Position numbers and translations under genes: made by a program
NCBI RefSeq assembly: GCF_009834535.1
Contig: NC_045697.1
Location: 4,342,001 to 4,406,000, forward strand
Reading direction: 5' to 3'
Source of the DNA: Camelus ferus
Lineage: Eukaryota
DNA length: 64,000 bases
Notes under the pieces: model-generated
What the model saw: only the letters and a program-made list of their open reading frames with translations
Told to the model about the DNA's origin: nothing
Databases searched by the model: none
Shown: positions 1-12,440 of the stretch, piece after piece
Layout of the letters: every line of letters begins with the position of its first letter
Numbering within the stretch: position 1 is the first letter of the stretch

Positions 1-38
1 CAGTGTAAAACCCATCTGTAACTGAGCCCAGAGGGAGA

Positions 39-128
39 GGCTCAGGGGTACCCCGGGTCTGGGAAATCTGCTCCGGCCTGGACGGCTCAGGGGTACCCTG
101 GGTCTGGGAAATCTGCTCCGGCCTGGAC
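39..128. repeat. 45-bp tandem duplication (2 copies, 1 mismatch) in WFS1 intron 1
   Basis: GGCTCAGGGGTACCC(C/T)GGGTCTGGGAAATCTGCTCCGGCCTGGAC at 39-83 and 84-128. Confidence 0.95.
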
Positions 129-2639
129 AGCCCAGCCCGGCCCTGCCACCTGGCACAGCGCTGCTCCTTAAGACAAGGGCACGAAGCCCTTGGAGACTCC
201 CAGGTACCTATTTTTGCCCCACAGTATTAAGGGCCAAACCAAGGAACATTCCAGCTCTACCCAGTGTGCCAAGTTCACAGGACAAAGAGGGAGTCGATCT
301 GGGAATGCTCCGTGCCTGGCCTGGGCCGGTCAGCAGGCACAGACTGTGGGCCGATCCTGCCCCAGAGAAGATCCCGCAGGACTGGCCTTCGAGCACTCAG
401 CCCAGATGGGAAGGACGACATGTAAGCAGACAACCACAGTGATGGGGCACCTGGGGGCTGCAAGCACAGGAGGGGCCACACTCAGTGGCGGGAAAGGGGC
501 AGGGTGGGGACTCTGGACAAGAGGCCTTGGCTAAGCCTTCAGGACAAACAGGCACGAGCCAGACAAGGGTGAAGGGAGGAAAGAATGCAGGTGTGTCGGC
601 ATTTCAGCGGGGACTGCCCAGGGGAAAAGGCAGTGGACAGAGAACGTGCCAGCACTGTGGCCAGGAAGGTGTAGGCGGCTGGGAAGTGACTCTGGGAGGG
701 GACACGGGAAGGAGAAAAGAGGCTGAATGGGCAGCCAGGAACCTGGGGCAGGCCCCGAGGGCCTGAACAAGCGCCAGGCTGAGTGCTGGGGCTGAGCCAG
801 GGCAGAAGAAGTGCAGGGCAGGGCTGCAGGGCAGTGGCAGGTAAAGAGCCACCAGCCTGTGTAGGGACAGGCCAGTGAGACCAGGGAGGGGGCTGAGTGG
901 CCTTGCAGGGAAAGTGAGGAGGCCTGGCCCAGGGCAGGCATCGGAGCCCAGCTCCCAAATCAGGAGACAGAAGCATCACCCATGAATGTGAGAGTGGGGA
1001 AGCAGAGTGCAGCCTGGCTTGTGACTGGGGACCATGGTGGTGGTGCCACTCTCTGAGGAAGGGACCTAGGGGAAGAGAGGGGGCCGTATGAGGCACAAAG
1101 CTCCCTCTTTTATCATGCTTCCTCTCATCACCACTGTCGTGGACCAGGATTTGGTCTCTGTCCCATAGCACAGGCACTCTGGGGGCCCAGGATTGAGCTG
1201 AGACCAACCCCAAAGGCCAGTCCAGCCCTGGCTTGGGAGGGACAGGGGAGGCCTGAGTGGGGAGCCCTCCACATACTCTTCTATCCAGGGAAAGATGAGA
1301 TGTGGTCTCCCAGCAACCTTTCCTGTGTCCAGTCAAAGGTCCATCTGCTGGGGGAGCAAGCGTATAAAGGAACCTTCTTCCGAATCCCTGGTGAGCTGCG
1401 TAGGGGCTCCTGTGAGAATCACAGCCTCTTGGAGACAGAGGGGACAGGATGGGCAGTGACAAGCGTGGCCTCTGGGCTTCTGTTGGCATGGCTCCCTCAC
1501 TGGGGCTGCAGTGAGGGCAGGCAGCCAGCACACCGGGTACCCAGGGCATCGCTCCCTGAGTGATGGAACCCGGCAGAAGGGAAAGCCCTTTACAAATGGG
1601 CCAAATGCCAAAGGTCACTGTCCAAGGTGAGGAGAGGCAGGCACTTGTTCTCAGCGCCTGCCCAGAGGCAGAAGTGCCCCACTAGGCTCTGCCCAATCAT
1701 CTGTGTGGTCTTGGGCAGATCACCAAACCCCAATGAGCCTTAGCTTCCTCATGTTTCACATGGGGCTATAATTTCTACCCCTAAGACCACCTGGAGGCCA
1801 AATGTACAAATGTCAGTTTCTTGGAATTTCTTAACATTAATTATAACAAATGGTGTGGGAGAGTCCAGCTCCATCACACTCAAAAGGGCTGGGTCAGATT
1901 CACCAGAAAGTTTCCATCTACCCAAACAGAAACTGATATTCCAGAGGGCAGGGTTTACACCAGCCAGGACCCAGGGGCTGCTCCTGCCTCCCCCCACTAC
2001 CCCTTACTGAGGAGGAACCCCTGGGGGAGTAACTGCCACACAGATTCTACGTGGGCAGTGGGGGCTTCAGCCTGACCCAGAAGCTGCCCCCTCAGGTGGG
2101 AGGGTCCCCACTTGGGGAATGAACCCCCAGCACCTCCTGCAGCCCCCAACTAGGGGCCCTAGCGCCTTCCAGAGGCGACGGCCGCGGGGGAAGGGCCATG
2201 ACAGGGCAACTACAGACTGATGTAGTGGGGCACGGGGAGGACGCACCCCTTGCCACTCGCCGGGTCCCCAGCACTACAAGCCGTCTGCCTCTGGGGCAGG
2301 TTTTCCCGCCGGCAATAGGGTTTCGAAGCGAGGCTCGCGGGCGTGACAGTGCTCGGAGCACGCTGTGCCCCAAGATGTCCCCGGGTACCGGGACTGGGGC
2401 CGAGGGGGCGCGCACCCCTCGAGGAAGACGCCATCGGGGCGCCGGCAGGGGCCGCCGTGAGTGGCGGAGAGAGCGAGACCCCGGCCCTCCAACTTCTGGG
2501 GAACTTGCAGGAGACGTTGGTACCAGCCACCCATCCACTCAAATGGGGAAACTGAGGCCCGAGGGGGGAGACAACTCCAGGCGCTCCCAGGTCTCTTTCC
2601 AGCACTCCGTGCGACCGCCCCTTGCCCTGAAGTACTCAC

Positions 2640-2800
2640 CCGCCCGCGAGTGAGCCGCACGCGGCGACGCGACGCCCGTGGACCTCCGGGATCGCCGCAA
2701 AGTTGCTCTGGAGGAGTTAAATGCACCTGGCCCGCAGACGTGCGGCCGGGACCCAGCGGCCAGGACTGGTTACAGTGGGAGCTGGCGAGCGCTGCCCCCA
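2640..2800 (-). other. WFS1: WFS1 (wolframin) non-coding first exon (5' UTR); intron 1 runs leftward off the window
   Basis: Minus strand reads ...CAACTTTGCGGCGATCCCGGAGGTCCACGGGCGTCGCGTCGCCGCGTGCGGCTCACTCGCGGGCGG|GTGAGTACT. This closely resembles my recollection of the 3' end of human WFS1 exon 1. Canonical donor GT at 2639-2638, inside a CpG island. The divergent JAKMIP1 neighbour matches human synteny. The TSS position is approximate. Confidence 0.85.
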
Positions 2801-2927
2801 GCGCGGCGAGGGGCGGGGATGGGGGCGGGGCCACACGACGCTCTCCACTCCCGACGCGGCCCGGAGGACGCGGCACCACCTCGGCCCGCTGAGTGGCCGG
2901 CAAGCCTGCCAATCACCGGCTCCCCTG

Positions 2928-2946
2928 CCAATAACAGAGCGCCTCG
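2928..2946 (+). promoter_or_regulatory. ERSE-like element
   Basis: CCAAT-aacagagcg-CCTCG versus the ERSE consensus CCAAT-N9-CCACG (one mismatch, exact spacing), in the promoter of an ER-stress-inducible gene. Confidence 0.6.
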
Positions 2947-4649
2947 CCTGGCGGTCGCCGATTCGCCCACTTCGCCTCCAGGCTCGAGGTCGCCAGGAGG
3001 GCGGGCCCGACACGCCCACAACGAAAGTTTCCGAGCAGACTCGGGCCCGGCCCCGCCCCGCCCACCAAGCCACGCCCACAGGGCGTCAGTTAGCTGGGCA
3101 AAGCAGCTCACCTCGGTGCGTTAACAGGTGATTGGACCCTTGGGTGAGACAGACCCACCTTCAACCCACTACTCTGGCCCCAGGGTCCTCAACTTCAGAT
3201 TCATTATCATCACTATTGCAATATTAACTAACACGTTGCGCGCCCACTATATACCAGACGCCTTAATTCCAAAGGCAGTAGCAGGGATAGAAAAATGTGG
3301 CCCATTTTAAATGCGTACCTGTAACGAAGTGCTGCTTTAAATGCATAAAATCAAATGCAATGTATCACGCTTTCACAAGGTAATTGTGGGATTCGTTTAA
3401 GAATATATATTAGCCGAGGGAGTGGTACAAGGCTCAGCCGGTTCGGAAACCCTCTTCTTTCCACCCTGGCCTGAGGTCTGAGAGATGTAGTTTGGAAATG
3501 AGGGCAAAGGTCTACACTTGAGCCAGGCCTTGGGACTGTGAAGCCCTGGCTGGTGGCCGCGGACCCCCAGGGCTGTGTCTGCCCTATGTCTGGTCCTCAC
3601 AGCCAACCTAAACTGCCTGTCCTGGGTTATTGCTGGAGAAACTGCAGCTCAGAATGGCTGCCGGAAATATGCTACCCACATGTCGGGAGCAAAGATTCTG
3701 CTCCAGGCTCAATTTGGGGGGAGCTTTCACACATCGAGGTTTTTTATTTCCCTCCCAATGACACTGTGAGGCAGGCGGCATTAGGCTCATTTTTATTGAT
3801 GAGACTACTGGGGCTCAGACATAGGTGGTCATTTGTCCAAAGTCACACAGAGTGCTTTTCCCCCTTATACTAACCACAGAAAATCTGGAGAATTACACAA
3901 AATAGAAAGAAGGGGAAAAAAATCACTCAAAGGCTATTACCATTCACATTTTGAGGCCTATGCATATTTAAGAAAGGATTTTCAAAAGTCACCGCGACTG
4001 CACTGCATGACTATTTCATGAGGGCAAAGTCCTAGAAGCAGGAGTACTGGATCTTGATAGGGTCCTTCAGATGTATAGATATAGTTCACCAAAACAAGGT
4101 CCCTCCAAGTTGCCTCCTGTTTACCTCTGAGGGGCACACACCAGCTTGGGAAACATTTTATTTTTTACGCTTACCTAATATGGTAAGTGAAAAATGGTCT
4201 CTTTACAATTGTAATTTGCATTTCTACAGTAACTAAGGGGCCGGATGTTTCATGTTTCTCAATTTTGAGAAGCATCCTCTCTCTCTCATTTATCTATTGG
4301 GAGCTTAGCAGCTCTTTGAAAAGCTAAGAAGATGTTTCTTTTATTTCTAACCCACCCATCTTTACTGCCCATCCTCTCCTTCATCTCCAAGAGCTGGGAA
4401 CTGATCTGAATGGCTCCTGCAACGTACCCTTGGGAACCAAGCAGCCCTCCTTTCCCCTGGGAAGCTGGGAGCAGAGACACCAACCCCCAGCATCTCAGTA
4501 AGACTTTTCCAACTCATTCATCACTGTCTACAGGAACAACTCATAATCCACCCCTGTTGGCTGGTCACTGCCCAAAAGACCATCATGACCTGGTCCTTGG
4601 CACCAAACATCCATCACATAGAGGCCGAAACATTTGAAGGAGCTCAATA

Positions 4650-6630
4650 AACAGAGGGAAGAGGACAGATTGAACAATTCCTCCCTGGGAGATGAGAGAG
4701 AGAAAATGAACCTCAGTCAAAGCATAGAAACATTTAACATATGCCATGGAATGGAAAAAACTTAAGAAGTCATAAGTAGGTAAATTCAGAAAGAAAACAG
4801 TTGAGGTGAGGAAAATTAGCAAACTGGAGGATAACAAGGAGTAAGTGCCTTTAAATGTAGAGGAAAATTACATGTAAATCATCAGGAAGAAAATGAGACC
4901 CTTGCAGGCATTCCAGGAGGTACAGCTTGTAGAGAACAGGCACTCCAAAAGGAGCTGGAGAAAAACAGAAATGAAAGAAGTGCTAGAAGAAAATGTCTCT
5001 GGGCTGAAGCTATGCTGTGAAGCCTCCACCTCCAAGATAAAGAGAAAATCGTGCAGAGTTCCAGAAAGAATCAGTGATGTCCAGAGGAAGGAGAGACAGG
5101 GTGGTGCCAGATTCCTAGGGGACTTTGGAACGATGTCCAGGGACTGTGATTTTCTGATCAACAAGGCTTTCCCCTGCTCTGATGGAATTAATATGTCAGG
5201 GCAAAAGAAAGAAATTATCCAACATGGGAAGACACAGAGAGGGCATCTTTCATCCATGGAAGATCCCCTCTCTTGACACAGTTCAATCTTTTGAGATAGA
5301 ACAGACATGGAGCACAGAAAATGGTGGTAAACAGTGACCCTTGCAAAATATGTGGTTTAATGTAAATATGCCTGGGATTCTGTATGATAATTGCTAAGCA
5401 GGGATTCTTGAAACAAGCCATTTACTGTGAGGGAAACCTGTGTTAGCCTGGAAGTAAACAATAGAATTGATCTTAGCAAAACCCAGGACTTGAGGGAGCA
5501 AGGGGTGGAGTGGAGAAGTACCGGGATCTGATTTGGTGCCGGGAGGTGGGGTGGGGCGATATCATGGCGGGGGACAGCATTGTTACCCTTTACATTTCAT
5601 ACATTAACAGGGAAATATTGGTTTAATTGTGACTATCAGGAATCGGAAAGCACCAACTAGTGGGAAAAAAGCAGACTAGAACTTATGAATTCGTGGGTGG
5701 AGGTTGGGGCGTTGGGGGAATGAATAAAGAAACGAAATTAAGAAATGGGGGAAAGAGGAAATAATGGCAGTAACAACAAAATTTAATAAAAGATGAAAAA
5801 ATTTAAAATCTTGGATATTAACTTTCAAAAGAAATGTGAATGGGCCGAATTTCCTATCAAAAGCCCTTAATAAGACTGGGATAAAAATCAAAATGCAGTG
5901 TAAGTGTAATTTACAAGGAATGCACCTAAAATGCTGACAAATAGAGGCCCAAAGTGGACAATATTGGAAAACTGAAATTAAGAAAATAATAAGAATGACA
6001 GATTAATGGTGCATAAAGAATTCAAGGCAGAAAGCATTCACAGGAACAAAGAGGGATATTATGTAATGGTGCAAGGTGCAATCCATAAAGATTCAACAGT
6101 CATAAATCTTAATGAACCAGAAAATATAGCAGCTGTGACGGTTACTTTTATGTGTTAACTCAGCAGGGCCAAGATTTGGTCAAACACCAGTCCTAGATGT
6201 TGCTGTGAAGATATTTTTGAGATACAAGTGACATTTATATCAGGAGACTTTCGGTAAAGCAGATGACCTTGTGCAATGTGGGCAGGCCTCACCCAATCAG
6301 TTGAAGGCCTTAAGAGGTAACGACCAAAGTCCCCCACTCTCCCCTCCCCTCCCCCTGAGGACGAGGGAACTCTGCCAGCAGACGGCCTTCAGATTTGAGT
6401 TGCAAAATCAACTCTTCCCTAGGTCTCCAGTCCGCCCTGCAGATTTTGGATTTGTCAGCCCCCACCATCAGACGAGCCAATTCCTTACAATAAATCTCTC
6501 TCTAAAGATAGATGCAGATACAGATAAAGATCTAGATATCTCCTATTGGTTCTCTTTCTCTAAAGACCCCTAATACAGCCCCAAACTCCGAGAGCAATAA
6601 CTTACAAATACAGAGAGAACTTACTAAAAC
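4650..6630 (+). mobile_element. Ancient, decayed L1 (ORF1 remnant plus start of the ORF2 endonuclease), interrupted by an LTR
   Basis: ORF1-like MKEVLEENVSGLK at ~4970. ORF2 endonuclease-like NVNG at ~5830 and FKAESIHRNKEGYYVMVQGAIH at ~6020-6090. L1-like sequence resumes after 6577. Confidence 0.7.
6134..6577 (+). mobile_element. ERVL solo LTR (MLT2-like)
   Basis: TGTGACGGTTACTTTTATGTGTTAACT...CCTATTGGTTCTCTTTCTCTAAAGACCCCTAATACA, with TG...CA termini and AATAAA at ~6489. Confidence 0.85.
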
Positions 6631-7062
6631 ACAGCTCTTGTTTTAATTCAATGCCATCTCTCTAGGAGGCCTGTCTTCATGGCGCCACAAAGCTGAAGCC
6701 TATGCTTTGCTGTTGAGTATTGAATGAATGAATGGCTTCATCAGGAGCTCTTTCCTGCCTTCAGGACAATGTCCAGACTCTTTAGTGTGACATCTGAAAA
6801 TGCCTTCCACCCTTCGGCCCTATTGCCCCACCTGCAGTCCTCTGATTCCTCCCCGTTTTCAGATTCTGCTTTCATGGGCTTGCCTGCTTCCTTCCCTAGT
6901 CCTATTTAAAGCCCGCTTCACTTTACCCAGCAAAAATTTATTGACATCCTGTCAGTTCCAGGCATTGGGCTACATGCCAAGCATACAAAGAGAAGTGAGG
7001 GAGGAAGTTGTTGAGTTATATTCTGAAGGACAGCAGAGTTGAGCCCTTTTTCAGACCATTGG

Positions 7063-7516
7063 TGTATTAGGCAAAAAAAAAGTCCCTCTAGGTATCAGGT
7101 CCTACTTTCTGGAACCTGTGAATGTCCCTTTATTTGGGAAAAAAAGGTCTTTGCAAATGTGACTAAACTACATGTGATATAATCACACGAGCTGGGGCAA
7201 TTATCCCGGATTATCCAGGTGGACCCTAACGGCAGTCACAAGCATCCTTGAAGGAGAGGGGCAGAGGCAGACAAAGCAGACGATGTGAAGATGGAGCAGA
7301 GAGAAATTTGAGGACGCTGGCCTTGAAGATCGGAGTGATGCAGCCACAAGCCAAAGAATGCCTGCAGCCACTGATACTGGAAGAGGCAGGAAATGGATTC
7401 TTGATTTTGGTCCAATGATACTGATTTCAGAGTCTGGCTCCAGAACTGTTGTTGTTTTAAGCCACTGAGTTTTTGTGGTGATTTGCTCCTGGTAGCAGCC
7501 TCGGGAAACTAATATA
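7063..7516 (+). mobile_element. MaLR LTR (MLT1-like)
   Basis: Typical motifs GGAACCTGTGAATGT, GGATTATCCAGGTGG, CAGCCACAAGCCAAAGAATGCC and TTGTTTTAAGCCACT...GGAAACTAATA. Confidence 0.85.
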
Positions 7517-7954
7517 ATCCTAATGTTGTATTGGGACTGTAGTCTTGTCGTGACCTAGTGTGCACTGGTGTCCTGAAGATGAAGCTTGGGGAGGCATGGA
7601 AATTCCAACCCTTGCAAGGGCAGCCTTTGGATAAATATAACCCAAGTCCTGAACCAACCCATTGGCATTCAAACCAATTCTCATCAAAATCAAAGAATCA
7701 AGGGGCCAAATCACCTCTTGTGGGTCCCAGGAGGATAAACACGCATACTGAGAGTTGGGGAAGTGTCCTTTGAATGACCTAGGTCCCGAGTGTGTGGCCC
7801 ACTGGGCACATAGGGCACGTTGGTCGCACGCTGGGCTTCTAGGATCGTGAGACCCCAGGACCACCCACGTATCTGCATTTTAAGAGGTTCCCAGGGGGGT
7901 TCAGATGGTCAGAGAAATTTAAGACCTGTGACTGTGGAGGTGAGCAATTGAGAG

Positions 7955-8100
7955 TGTGGTCTTCATCCTTCATCCTTCACCTGGGCACCTGTTAGACATG
8001 CAGAAAGCCGTCCCACCTCAGACCTTCTGAGTCAGAGTCTTCCTTTCAGAGAGACACCCCTGTGACGCATGTTGATGGTAAAGTTGGAGGAGCCCTGCTT
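7955..8100. mobile_element. MER5-like hAT-Charlie DNA transposon fragment
   Basis: TGTTAGACATGCAGA...CCCACCTCAGACCTTCTGAGTCAGAGTCT resembles MER5A. Confidence 0.6.
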
Positions 8101-8899
8101 CAGGCTGCAGGTTCCTGCCCAGCTGCATGAATATTAAACCACCTGGAGAGATGGTCCTGCCCAGGCCAACAGAACCAGCAGCTTAGATTTATGGAGAGTC
8201 CTGGGCAGATGGGAGTAGAGGAACCACATTCAGCATTTAGCAAGGTCTGGAGCGCACTCTGGCCATGCTACCCACCCCTTCCCAGCCTCCCTCCTGGAGG
8301 CCAGCCGACCTGCCCCTGACCACGTCTAAGACAGGAAGCTCTCTTTAGTGTTTCAGCTCAGTGGATCTTCCTAACCTTGATGGGTCGGGTGGCCTCCCTC
8401 TGTCTCCAAGGAGGTGGAGGGTCTCCAAGATCTCTCTTCCCGCTTCCCTGACCATCCCCCTCCCCCTCCCTCCTTTCCTATCTTCCTTTATAAACCTGAG
8501 CTCACAGTCCACTCTGCAGTCTCCTTGGAAATGCAGCAGAAGTGGCCAGAGTTCCGACAGGAGGCTTGGAGCTGGTCACAAGGCTCTGTGTCACCAGGGC
8601 TGGATGTAATATCAGGGGCCCCTTGCCCTGCTCCCCGCACCTTCCTGCACCTCCACATACCCCTCCCCCAGACACCCTCCCACACTGCATTGTCACCAGG
8701 CAGCTCTGAGCCCCCGTGAGTCTGAGTCGTGATTTACTCATCTCTGGAGGCAGTGACTGCCACTTAAGGGCCTCTGGATGAGTCACTAAGTATGTTGAGA
8801 AGTTTCATACCAGAAAAAAGAGCACTGAGGATGCGAAGGCAGCTTGGAGGCAGAGGAAGGACAAATGCCCACATGGGGGGGGGCAGCACGTCCCAGAGA

Positions 8900-9201
8900 A
8901 GCCCCACCATCTACTGAGGCTGGGGACCCAGGAAGGCTGGTGGTGGTTCGCAACCAAGTCAGAAGGCCTGAGCCGATGTCCGAGGGCAGGGGAAGGTGGC
9001 CATCCCAGCTGGAGCAGGGTGATTTCAGGCCCTGAGTGGACTGATGATGCCCGCCCGCACAAGGGAGCGTGACCTGCTTTACTTGGTCTTAAGTCAAATG
9101 CTAATCTCTTCTGGAGACAGCCTCACAGGCACTCAGAAACGGTGCTTTACCAGCTGTCTGGATACCCTTCAGTCCAGTCAAATCGACACATAACCAGCAC
9201 A
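8900..9201 (-). mobile_element. ERVL LTR fragment (MLT2-like)
   Basis: AATGCTAATCTCTTCTGGAGACAGCCTCACAGGCACTCAGAAAC...CAGTCAAATCGACACATAACCAGCACA is the reverse of the MLT2 5' end. Confidence 0.7.
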
Positions 9202-9710
9202 GTCACTGAGCAGTGCCAGGGAGGTGCACCCCTGCCCCAAGCCTCGGGCCACTCACCTGGGAAATGGGCTCAGCCTGCTGCCCTGGGATCCGGGGTGTCC
9301 ACAAAAGCAGCCAGCTTGGGGCCTGGCCATGGCATTCGGTGAGGGCAGCTGGTTTGGTCGACAAGCCACAGGGCTCCGTGTCACCAGGGCTGGACACAGC
9401 AGCAAGGGCAACATTTGCTGGGAAACTACTACACATTTCCTCACGGCAAGAGACAGAAGGGTCTAAGGCACACCCCCTCTTCCCACCCCATCCCTGCCCT
9501 GGAGGGGCTTATGGGCTGGTTTGGTTCAGAAGCTGGAAAACTCCAGCCACCTGTTGGGGAACAGGAATGGAATAATCGGGGAGAAGCCATGCTGGCCTAC
9601 AGATTCCCAGCACAGGAAGAAACTGTTGCAGCCTGCAGTAGTCAAGGAAGGCTTCCTGGAGGAGGTGCTGACTTTACTCTTTTTGGGGGGGTTCTTCTTC
9701 TTTCTAAAAC

Positions 9711-10278
9711 ATAGACTTTATCTTTTAAAGTAGTTCCAGGTTCACAGTAAAACTGAGCAGAAAGTACAGCTATTTCTCACATACCCCCTACCCTCCAACA
9801 CGAGCGCCTCCTCCACGGTCAGTGTCCTCGTTACACCTGTTAGATCAAAGAACTGCATGCTCACATCATCATCACTGAAAGTCCATAGTTTATGTGAGGG
9901 CTCAAGCTCAGTGTTGTGCATTCTGTAGGGGTGGACAAACGTATAATGACACGTGTCCACCATTGTAGTATCACACAGAGTTGCTCCACTGCCCTCAAAT
10001 TCCTGTTCCTCCCCTGACCAGTCCCAGTCACCACTGATCTTTCTACTGTCTCCATAGTTTTGCCTTTTCCAGAATGTCATGTAACTGGAATCATATAATA
10101 TGGAGCCTGTGTAAGACTGGCTTCTTCCACTTAGTCATAGGCGTTTAAGGTCCCTCCATGTCTTTTCATGCCTTGATAGCGCATCTCTTTTTGGCATTGA
10201 ATAGTATCCCATTGTGAGGAGGTACCAGAGTTTATCTACTCATCACCTGCTGCTGAAGGTCATCTTGGCTGCTCCCAA
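9711..10278 (-). mobile_element. L1 3' end (L1MC/MB-like)
   Basis: Minus-strand ORF MTFWKRQNYGDSRKISG is the typical old-L1 3'UTR signature. GCCTTTTCCAGAATGTCAT motif present. Confidence 0.85.
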
Positions 10279-11954
10279 GAGGCGCTGACCTTACATCGGA
10301 GAACAGAGCGTGGAGGCTCACTAGGCAAGCCTGGCACAGGTGACGCGTGGACCTCTCTGAGTGTCAGCTCAGTACCCAGCAGGTTGTTGGGAAGGCCCGT
10401 GAGATAACCTGTGGGGAAGCGGCCAGCACATTAGTGGGACTGGTGGATGCCAGTTCCTTCCACGTCACACCAGAAGTCATCATCACTCCTTACAAGCGGT
10501 CACTCCACCAAATGGCTCGTTAAATTCGCACAACGACCCCAGGAGGTGGGTATCAGTAGGGAGTCAGGGGCTCTGAGAGGTTGACGGACCTGCCCAAGGT
10601 CACACCATGACATCGCTTTGCTTTGATTGTCCCCAATCCCTGCCGCAATGCCACACCACCTACAGACCCCAGATCTGAAACCCAGCAATCTCACCTGGGC
10701 AGGGGTTCCTCGTATCACTAAAGGCCTCTTTTAAACAAACACCCCCAGCCTGTGGGCTCTGAACGTCCTCCTGTGCCTTCAATGGGGGGTGTGGCACCTC
10801 CTCCCTCCCTCCTGAAGTGACTAGCTTTCCGTCCGAGTCCCTGCTGTCATCTTGACAAAACCCAGAGCAGGTGGGAGAGGGAACTTCCTGCTCACTTTAG
10901 CAGGAAACAATAGAAGAAAACTTAGGCATACAGCACTTAGGGATTGTCAGGAGGGGCAGAACAATTCAAAATCCTTCCCAGAACTTTCCAGACACCCACT
11001 TAGCAGCAGCAGAGTCCCATAGACAGGTGTCGACGATGTGGAGACTGGCAGAGAAAGCTGGGGGGGTAAGCACTTTTGATATTTGTGGGAGCAATTTGGA
11101 CATTTTAGCAAAAAAGATATTGTTTCTTGACAATTGTTAGAAATATAAATTACCCAGAAAGCTGCCTGCGATCACAGATAATTATTTTCCCTAAGTTTCT
11201 GATACAATGGAAGCTGTCAGACTCTGGTTGCAACTTGCTCTGTGACTTGCCGAAGAACTTCTGGAACAGGAAAGGAGGAGTCTGGGCACGAGGGAGTCTC
11301 TGGGTGCTGGAGATGGTGACTGTGTGGTCCGTGAAATGTTTCACAAATTCGTTGGGTTGAAATTTTTTTCATGGATAAGGTAAGTACCGGTGGTTGTCCA
11401 GAGTTTAGAGTGCCTCCGTCCTGCCTGGATGCAGGGACCACAGGCTGCCGTCCTCGAGTACATCTGCCCTTGGTCCCTGAGGATGGTCTGGCTGGATGTC
11501 GGCACATACATTCTACCTGAACCAATGCTAGGGCCCAGGATGTGCCCCAACAGGGGCAGCAGAGTTATTGTCAAAAGAAGGCTCAGACATCTCCATGAGG
11601 GCCTGTGGAGTCCAGAGGCAGCCGGGGGGCAGCTGGAGAAAGGGTAACATTTGAGCTGGGTCCTAAGAAGGAACAGAGTTTTGCTCTTGGAAGAGAATGG
11701 AGAGGGCCTTCCTGGAGGAAGCTGGGATGGATGCAAAGGTGTGGAGAAGTGACAGAGCAGGGTGGTCGGGACGGAGGTTTGGGTGGATGAGAGCAGAGGT
11801 GGTGGGGAGCAGCTGCCCTGCCGTGAGGCTGGAGAGGGCTGGATGGTGAAGGACGTTGGAAGAGTTTGGAAATTACCCAATAGACAAAGGAATAGCAACC
11901 CCACACCCCATGTCCCAAAGTGGTCCCCTCGGGAGGAGGAAGGCATATTTTATG

Positions 11955-12440
11955 AGAATCAGTTACCTGTTGCTATATGAGAAACTATGCCCAAACTCAG
12001 CGGCTGAAGACAACACTTTACTTTGCCTGTGGTCCTGGGGCAGGAATTTGGGCAGGATGCAGCTGGGTGGTTCTTTTCCTGCAGGCAGTATCAGCTGGGA
12101 TCTTTCATTCGGTGGCCTCCTGCTGGTGGCTGAGCAGGGCTGGAAGGTCCAAGAAGGCTTCATCCCATGAAGTGGACACCGGGCTCCTCCATGTGGCGTG
12201 GTGGTCTAGGGCGGGCTTCCTACATGGCGGCTGGCTTACCCGGGGGAGGCTCCACGGGCCGGGGTGGAGATGGGGTGGCAAAAGCAGAAGCTGCATATCC
12301 CAAAGGGCCCAGCCTCAGAAGTTAGCATTTATTTCCACAATAAGTTCACAAGCTGCTGTTCGAAATAAGTCACAGGGGAGCCAGCCCACACTCAACGTGA
12401 TGAGTGATGAAGAATTTGCAGCTGTTTTAAGCCCACCACA
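11955..12440 (-). mobile_element. Old MaLR LTR (MLT1-like)
   Basis: TCAGTTACCTGTTGCTATATGAGAAACTATGCCCAAACTCAGCGGCTGAAGACAAC...GGCAGGAATTTGGGCAGG. Confidence 0.65.

Larger units (their letters stand above)
2150..3130. promoter_or_regulatory. WFS1: CpG island / WFS1 promoter
   Basis: Very GC- and CpG-rich. GC boxes GGGGCGGGG at 2810-2818 and 2822-2830, CCCCGCCCCGCCC at ~3051-3063, CCAAT at 2909-2913 and 2928-2932. No TATA box seen. Confidence 0.88.

Noticed and set aside
539..1618. Longest ORF (359 aa, minus strand)
   Set aside because: Lies in WFS1 intron 1, has no recognisable domain or wolframin similarity, and has the Pro/Ser/Leu-rich composition of a chance ORF in GC-rich DNA.
4893..5276. 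127-aa ORF suggestive of an L1 ORF1-derived (L1TD1-like) gene
   Set aside because: It is part of a decayed L1 that continues into broken ORF2 sequence, with no sign of an intact domesticated gene.
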